Below, in pieces: positions 51,613-57,267 of a DNA stretch of 57,267 bases. A program made the position numbers and the translations under genes. The first letter of the stretch is position 1, and each line of letters opens with the position of its first letter. This stretch comes from an uncultured delta proteobacterium. Lineage in GTDB: Bacteria; Myxococcota_A; Polyangia; Fen-1088. The stretch is taken from positions 1-57,267 of the forward strand of contig CAVWIP010000004.1 in assembly GCA_963755125.1 (NCBI GenBank). Reading direction: 5' to 3'. A model generated the notes under the pieces. That model ran no database searches and was not told the DNA's origin. It worked only from the letters and a program-made list of their open reading frames with translations.

Positions 51613-52875
51613 TCATCCGGCGGTTCCGAGGAAGAGCGGCTCGATATGGCGCCGGAGGATGTTGTCCGAGACGTGGGACTCGATGCTGCTGCGATTGGAC
51701 TTGAGCAGGGCCAGGTATTGCGGCCCCTTCTCGGCTGCCAGCTTGAAGCTGATGTGCACCATCTGGCGGAAGTGAATGTTGAAGCGCTTGCAGGCCTGGT
51801 TGTGCTCGAGCATCTCCACGTAATCCTGGGCATTCCACGAATCCACCTGGTCCGGCGTGGGCAGCGCCTTGCGGTCTATGGCGATGACCGTGAGATAGGG
51901 CTTGGCCAATTCGTCGTAGCGGCCGTAGGCATCCCGGTACAAGGCCTTGACGAAGGCCAGCCCTTCGCCCCCGGCTGCGGCCAGCCCGATGACCTCTTCC
52001 AGCCAGGTGGTTCCCGCCGTCTTCAGGTGGATGCCGGCGTCAGCCTTGTGGATTGCCCGGTGGATGATTGGGTACAGGGAGAACTTGTCGCTGCCCGAGT
52101 GAACGCTCAGCTTGAGCGAGGCCGGCAGCCCGAAGGTTTGCTTGGCGAACGCCAGGACAGCGAGATCCTCCTCGAATTCTCGGGTGAACTGCTTGATGTC
52201 GCCCACGTAGTCGATCCCCTTGAGAAACTCGCCGGTGAACTTGGGCGCCACGGTGGCCACCGGGATCCGCTCGCGCGCCAAGGCCGCCAGGATGAAGAGC
52301 AGCTCGGCCGGGGTCTGCGGGCTGTTGGCTTCGTCGAACGACACCTCGGTGACGAAAGTACCTTCACCCTTCTTCTCTACAATGTGGCGGTAGACCCGGC
52401 CCGCCTCTTCGACGGCAAAAAGGTATTTCGCTGCGATCTGCTGCAGAGCCGCCGGACTGACAGCCACCGGTTCGGCGATACCCGGAATGGGGAGTGCACC
52501 CGAGAAGCGCTGCATGTCAGCCGTGTACTTGGCTATCGATGAATCCGACGCCGACTTGCCGATGAGGTCCGCGACATCGATAGTGAAGAAGTCGCTCGCT
52601 GCGAGGAACTTGTCGACCGTGGCCAGACCGATGTGATCCGCGTCGACGAAGTAGGGGCCAGCCCACTGGCAAGACTTGACTGCGGCAGCGGCCTCGGCGC
52701 GCACGTCCTCAGGCCGCGTCCCGATCAGCGAGTGCTCGCGGTTCGACTTGTTCCAGACCGGCGTGATGGTGACGCCGCGATCCCTGGCAGCCTGGAAGGC
52801 CCGCAACTGAGCCGCCCCTTCCAAGCCAAAGCGATCACCGATACCCACGGAGTACTTCGAGATAGTGGTCGTCAT
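51613..52875 (-). CDS. uxaE: Tagaturonate/fructuronate epimerase
   Basis: GIGDRFG, DADH, EVSFDE, APKFTGEF.KGIDY.GD, KLSVHSGSDKFS, HLKTAGTTWLE; alternative start 52881. Confidence 0.92.
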   Translation of the reverse strand: MTTTISKYSVGIGDRFGLEGAAQLRAFQAARDRGVTITPVWNKSNREHSLIGTRPEDVRAEAAAAVKSCQWAGPYFVDADHIGLATVDKFLAASDFFTIDVADLIGKSASDSSIAKYTADMQRFSGALPIPGIAEPVAVSPAALQQIAAKYLFAVEEAGRVYRHIVEKKGEGTFVTEVSFDEANSPQTPAELLFILAALARERIPVATVAPKFTGEFLKGIDYVGDIKQFTREFEEDLAVLAFAKQTFGLPASLKLSVHSGSDKFSLYPIIHRAIHKADAGIHLKTAGTTWLEEVIGLAAAGGEGLAFVKALYRDAYGRYDELAKPYLTVIAIDRKALPTPDQVDSWNAQDYVEMLEHNQACKRFNIHFRQMVHISFKLAAEKGPQYLALLKSNRSSIESHVSDNILRRHIEPLFLGTAG

Positions 52876-53152
52876 AGTCACCTCCAGCTAGGACAGTTGC
52901 CCGCTCTCCTCGCGTGTTGAGAAACGACAATGTCCGATAATCTTCCTCGGGTCAACCACGCGTCCTCGGCGAGGGACATCCGCGCAGGGTGGCGAAGAAA
53001 TCCATCGAACACCATCGCGCCAGGCCTTCCGTCGTCACTCACTTGCACTGCAGCGTGGCCAGGCCCTTGCCGGCGCCACTCGAACCCACAATGGTGATGT
53101 TGGCCCGGTGGCGCTTCCCTTCGAGACCCACCTGCGCTAGCCTGACGCGGCT

Positions 53153-54574
53153 ATGAAGACCTTTCTCGACGACAGTTTCCTGCTGGAGAACCAGACTGCC
53201 GAGTGCCTGTACCACGACTACGCCAAGGATCAGCCGATCATCGATTACCACTGCCACCTGTCTCCTGATCAGGTAGCCGACAACCAAAAGTTCGGAACCC
53301 TCACGCAGATCTGGTTGAACGGCGATCACTACAAGTGGCGGGCCATGCGTTCGAACGGCGTGCCCGAGCGCTATTGCACGGGCGCCGCCTCCGACTGGGA
53401 GAAGTTCGAGATGTGGGCCCGCACAGTGCCGTACACCCTGCGCAACCCGCTGTACCACTGGACCCACATGGAACTCGCCAATCCCTTCGGGGTGAAGGGG
53501 AAGCTCCTCAATCCCTCGACGGCGCGCGAGATCTACGAGCACTGCAACGGCAAGCTCGCGCAAGACGACTTCTCCACCCAGGGTCTGCTCAAGCACTTCA
53601 AGGTGATGGTGGTCTGTTCCACTGACGATCCGGTGGATTCGCTGGCAGCCCATCAGAAACACGGCAAGAACGCGGGGGCGGCTACCAAGCTGTTGCCCAC
53701 CTGGCGACCGGACAAGGCCATGGCCCTGGCCGACCTGGAGGGCTGGAACCTCTGGGTGGACAAGCTGCAAGCGGTCTCCGGCGTGGACATTGGCTCGTTC
53801 GAGAACTTCTTGGCCGCACTCGAAAGACGGCATGGGTTCTTCCATCAGGTCGGCTGCCGCGTGAGTGACCACGGCCTCGAACAGATCTCGGCCGACCCGT
53901 ACACGGCCAAGGAGATCGAGGCTATCTTTGCCAAGGCGCGGGCCAGGCAGGCTCTCTCGCCCGTCGAGCAGGGACAGTTCCGTTCGGCAATGCAGTATGA
54001 ACTCGCCATCATGGATCATGCGCGCGGCTGGACGCAGCAGTTCCACCTGGGGGCCATGCGCAACAACAGCACGCGTGCGATGCGCAGCCTGGGTCCCGAC
54101 ACCGGCTTCGACTCCATCGGCGACTACCCGCAGGGATTTTCTCTTGGGCGGCTGCTCGATCGGCTGGATTCCAGCAACCAGCTCTGCAAGACCATTCTCT
54201 ACAATCTCAATCCGGCCGACAACGAGGTCATCGCAACCATGCTGGGCAATTTCCAGGATGGTTCGTGTCCAGGCAAGATCCAGTTCGGCGCGGCCTGGTG
54301 GTTCATGGATCAGAAGGACGGCATGGAACGCCAGTTGAACGCGCTCTCCGCCCTCGGTCTGCTTTCGCGCTTCGTGGGCATGCTGACCGATTCGCGCAGT
54401 TTCCTCTCGTACTCGCGCCACGAGTATTTCCGCCGGCTGCTGTGCAACCTGCTGGGCAATGACGTCGAGAAGGGGCTGATCCCCGCCGACATGGAATTGC
54501 TAGGAAACATGGTGCGGGACATCTGCTTCCGCAACGCCCGCGACTACTTTGGTTTTTTCGCCAAGATCTCGTGA
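53153..54574 (+). CDS. uxaC: Uronate (glucuronate/galacturonate) isomerase
   Basis: IIDYHCHL, GDHYKWRAMR, NPLYHWTH.EL, WWFMDQKDG, MLTDSRSFLSY.RHEYFRR. Confidence 0.97.
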   Translation: MKTFLDDSFLLENQTAECLYHDYAKDQPIIDYHCHLSPDQVADNQKFGTLTQIWLNGDHYKWRAMRSNGVPERYCTGAASDWEKFEMWARTVPYTLRNPLYHWTHMELANPFGVKGKLLNPSTAREIYEHCNGKLAQDDFSTQGLLKHFKVMVVCSTDDPVDSLAAHQKHGKNAGAATKLLPTWRPDKAMALADLEGWNLWVDKLQAVSGVDIGSFENFLAALERRHGFFHQVGCRVSDHGLEQISADPYTAKEIEAIFAKARARQALSPVEQGQFRSAMQYELAIMDHARGWTQQFHLGAMRNNSTRAMRSLGPDTGFDSIGDYPQGFSLGRLLDRLDSSNQLCKTILYNLNPADNEVIATMLGNFQDGSCPGKIQFGAAWWFMDQKDGMERQLNALSALGLLSRFVGMLTDSRSFLSYSRHEYFRRLLCNLLGNDVEKGLIPADMELLGNMVRDICFRNARDYFGFFAKIS

Positions 54575-54782
54575 CTACTGGGAGTACACGCACGTAGTCG
54601 AGCACTATGTCTGGAAGCGAGCTTCGACAAACGCGGGTTCTCGGCCGCGCCCAGCGCGGCCCCCGATCCGTGATGAGGGCGACGAAATCGAGGATCTTGA
54701 CGAAAATGCCGCCGTGCTCAGGAATGGTCGACCTGCGCTTACTAGAGATCGCTTCCAGACTGCTCGAAGGACACAACGCGCC

Positions 54783-55048
54783 GTGGGCTGCATAGCCTTT
54801 TCGACACTCTGAGATGCACAAGGACAGAAACGAAAGAATCACCCAACCCCTTGACCGAAAGGAGGTTTCCGCTTAAACCAAGTCCCCTCTGCGGGCGTAA
54901 CTCAGTGGTAGAGTGTCACCTTGCCAAGGTACGTTAGTGACACCTCCAGGCGTTTGGATCCGTTACGGATCAACGGGTTAGCTGACACTGGCGTGTCTGG
55001 ACGTTCCAGCCCGTTTCGCCTGAGTGGGCTGCATAGTGGGCTGCATAG
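54783..55048. repeat. Three copies of GTGGGCTGCATAG flanking the tRNA fragment (arm-site-like)
   Basis: Exact copies at 54783-54795, 55024-55036 and 55036-55048. Confidence 0.85.
54891..54930 (+). tRNA. 5' half only of tRNA-Gly(GCC)
   Basis: GCGGGCGTAACTCAGTGGTAGAGTGTCACCTTGCCAAGGT gives the 5' acceptor strand, D arm and anticodon loop; no T arm (GTTC) or 3' acceptor strand follows; TTGACC-17-TAAACC upstream. Confidence 0.85.
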
Positions 55049-55061
55049 AAGCGGCGGTTGA

Positions 55062-55294
55062 TACGCGCACAAACTGGACGTGCGCATCGAGGGATCTGCC
55101 GGTGTCCTAGCCCGACAACGGCGAACAGGCGCTGGAGATCGCGCAAAGCTCGTAGGCACTGGTGCGGGCGACATGATTGTCGTCGACTCGGTTGCGGCAC
55201 TGGTCAAGGCCGAAATCGAAGGCGAGATGGACGACCCGCACATGGCCTGCAGGCGCGCCTGATGAGCCAGGTCCTACGCAAGCTGACCGCGGCT
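55062..55294 (+). pseudogene. recA: Internal recA fragment with a stop and frameshifts
   Basis: YAHKLDV / [13 protein letters not shown] / [28 protein letters not shown] / [14 protein letters not shown] across different frames. Confidence 0.9.
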
Positions 55295-55415
55295 GGGTGC
55301 TCTGGCCGTTCTAATGTTCTAATCTACGAGCAAGACCTCGAAGACGAGGCTGGAACTGAAATGGGCCTTGGGCGCATTCCGGACAATCCTTTCGAGAAGC
55401 AACAGCGGGCTGGCT

Positions 55416-57267
55416 TTACGGCACAGTAATGGATCGCACCGTGGAAAGGCCGCTGGTACCCGCGGAGTTGCGGGCCTGGACGGCGTAGTAGTAGGTGGCG
55501 CCGGCGACAACGCCGGTGTGGTCGGAGATGGTGGAGGTGGTCCAGCCGAGGGCCATGCTGGAGGTCGAGAGGCCAGCGGAGGTACCCCAGAACACGTTGT
55601 AGTCGGTGGCGCCGGGGACGGGACTCCAGGAAACACGATTGGCGGAGCCCGTGAAGGTGATGGAGACGCCGGTGGGCGTGGCTGGTGCCGAGAGTGGGAC
55701 GGTGAAGGACTGCACGGATGAAAGGCCGCTGGTACCCGCGGAGTTGCGGGCCTGGACGGCGTAGTAGTAGGTGGCGCCGGCGACAACGCCGGTGTGGTCG
55801 GAGATGGTGGAGGTGGTCCAGCCGAGGGCCATGCTGGAGGTCGAGAGGCCAGCGGAGGTACCCCAGAACACGTTGTAGTCGGTGGCGCCGGGGACGGGGC
55901 TCCAGGAAACACGGTTGGCGGAGCCTGTGAAGGTGATGGAGACGCCGGTGGGCGTGGCTGGTGCCGAGAGTGGGACGGTGAACGACTGTACCGGGGAGAG
56001 CGTGCTGGTGCCTGCGGAATTGCGGGCCTGGACGGCGTAGTAGTAGGTGGCGCCGGCGACAACGCCGGTGTGGTCGGAGATGGTGGAGGTGGTCCAGCCG
56101 AGGGCCATGCTGGAGGTCGAGAGGCCAGCGGAGGTACCCCAGAACACGTTGTAGTCGGTGGCGCCGGGGACGGGGCTCCAGGAAACACGGTTGGCGGAGC
56201 CTGTGAAGGTGATGGAGACGCCGGTGGGCGTGGCTGGTGCCGAGAGTGGGACGGTGAAGGACTGCACGGATGAAAGGCCGCTGGTACCCGCGGAATTGCG
56301 GGCCTGGACGGCGTAGTAGTAGGTGGCGCCGGCGACAACGCCGGTGTGGTCGGAGATGGTGGAGGTGGTCCAGCCGAGGGCCATGCTGGAGGTCGAGAGG
56401 CCAGCGGAGGTACCCCAGAACACGTTGTAGTCGGTGGCGCCGGGGACGGGGCTCCAGGAAACACGGTTGGCGGAGCCTGTGAAGGTGATGGAGACGCCGG
56501 TGGGCGTGGCTGGTGCCGAGAGTGGGACGGTGAAGGACTGCACGGATGAAAGGCCGCTGGTACCCGCGGAGTTGCGGGCCTGGACGGCGTAGTAGTAGGT
56601 GGCGCCGGCGACAACGCCGGTGTGGTCGGAGATGGTGGAGGTGGTCCAGCCGAGGGCCATGCTGGAGGTCGAGAGGCCAGCGGAGGTACCCCAGAACACG
56701 TTGTAGTCGGTGGCGCCGGGGACGGGGCTCCAGGAAACACGGTTGGCGGAGCCTGTGAAGGTGATGGAGACGCCGGTGGGCGTGGCTGGTGCCGAGAGTG
56801 GGACGGTGAACGACTGTACCGGGGAGAGCGTGCTGGTGCCTGCGGAATTGCGGGCCTGGACGGCGTAGTAGTAGGTGGCGCCGGCGACAACGCCGGTGTG
56901 GTCGGAGATGGTGGAGGTGGTCCAGCCGAGGGCCATGCTGGAGGTCGAGAGGCCAGCGGAGGTACCCCAGAACACGTTGTAGTCGGTGGCGCCGGGGACG
57001 GGGCTCCAGGAAACACGGTTGGCGGAGCCTGTGAAGGTGATGGAGACGCCGGTGGGCGTGGCTGGTGCCGAGAGTGGGACGGTGAAGGACTGCACGGATG
57101 AAAGGCCGCTGGTACCCGCGGAATTGCGGGCCTGGACGGCGTAGTAGTAGGTGGCGCCGGCGACAACGCCGGTGTGGTCGGAGATGGTGGAGGTGGTCCA
57201 GCCGAGGGCCATGCTGGAGGTCGAGAGGCCAGCGGAGGTACCCCAGAACACGTTGTAGTCGGTGGCG
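55416..57267 (-). CDS. 3' part of a large protein made of fibronectin type III repeats; start lies beyond the window
   Basis: Repeated P.TPTGV...VSWSPVPGATDYNVFW...GATYYYAVQARNSAGTS; frame open to the window edge. Confidence 0.9.
   Translation of the reverse strand, partial: ATDYNVFWGTSAGLSTSSMALGWTTSTISDHTGVVAGATYYYAVQARNSAGTSGLSSVQSFTVPLSAPATPTGVSITFTGSANRVSWSPVPGATDYNVFWGTSAGLSTSSMALGWTTSTISDHTGVVAGATYYYAVQARNSAGTSTLSPVQSFTVPLSAPATPTGVSITFTGSANRVSWSPVPGATDYNVFWGTSAGLSTSSMALGWTTSTISDHTGVVAGATYYYAVQARNSAGTSGLSSVQSFTVPLSAPATPTGVSITFTGSANRVSWSPVPGATDYNVFWGTSAGLSTSSMALGWTTSTISDHTGVVAGATYYYAVQARNSAGTSGLSSVQSFTVPLSAPATPTGVSITFTGSANRVSWSPVPGATDYNVFWGTSAGLSTSSMALGWTTSTISDHTGVVAGATYYYAVQARNSAGTSTLSPVQSFTVPLSAPATPTGVSITFTGSANRVSWSPVPGATDYNVFWGTSAGLSTSSMALGWTTSTISDHTGVVAGATYYYAVQARNSAGTSGLSSVQSFTVPLSAPATPTGVSITFTGSANRVSWSPVPGATDYNVFWGTSAGLSTSSMALGWTTSTISDHTGVVAGATYYYAVQARNSAGTSGLSTVRSITVP
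55420..57267 (-). repeat. At least 6.7 near-identical 276-bp (92-aa) tandem units
   Basis: Period 276 bp; two unit tails, GTSGLSSVQ and GTSTLSPVQ. Confidence 0.95.

Noticed and set aside
54575..54782. Integrase remnant next to the att-like site
   Set aside because: No tyrosine or serine recombinase motifs recognised in the frames read
54891..54975. Complete or intron-containing tRNA-Gly
   Set aside because: No T arm or 3' acceptor strand found downstream in the window; the break lies in the 3' anticodon stem, not at a usual intron position
55319..57166. 615-aa Pro-rich ORF and repeated plus-strand ORFs
   Set aside because: Alternative frames of the Fn3 tandem repeat

Overview
GC-rich bacterial chromosome segment, most likely from a myxobacterium (Myxococcota). 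This is inferred from Gly/Ser-linker lipoproteins, an AgmK-like TPR protein, an ECF/anti-sigma cassette, a DUF4388-DnaJ protein and a Pph1-type PP2C. From left to right it contains: a Cys-rich lipoprotein; a large protein with a degenerate SIR2 domain and TPR repeats; oleA-oleB between two GT-C-like membrane proteins; a cellulase locus (CBM-like+GH8, CBM-like, GH6); and a cereblon / VKOR-DsbA / OmpA-like / TlpA run plus a MotB-like lipoprotein. Next is a fragmented division cluster (murC // ftsQ-ftsA // ftsZ-smpB), interrupted by a mobile/defence islet (ABC ATPase + PD-(D/E)XK protein, an intact IS630, two convergent vapBC pairs) and by an ECF cassette. Then come ArsR-related genes including a deletion chimera, a D-Ala-D-Ala dipeptidase, glnE, PP2C, a DAGK-like kinase and a J-domain protein. 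A hexuronate cluster follows (uxaC, uxaE, uxuB-like, gnd, LarA-family epimerase, PfkB kinase) with no uxuA or eda in the window. The window ends with a 5' half of tRNA-Gly flanked by arm-like repeats, a recA pseudogene fragment and the 3' end of an Fn3 tandem-repeat gene. All calls come from reading motifs by eye; no database searches were run.
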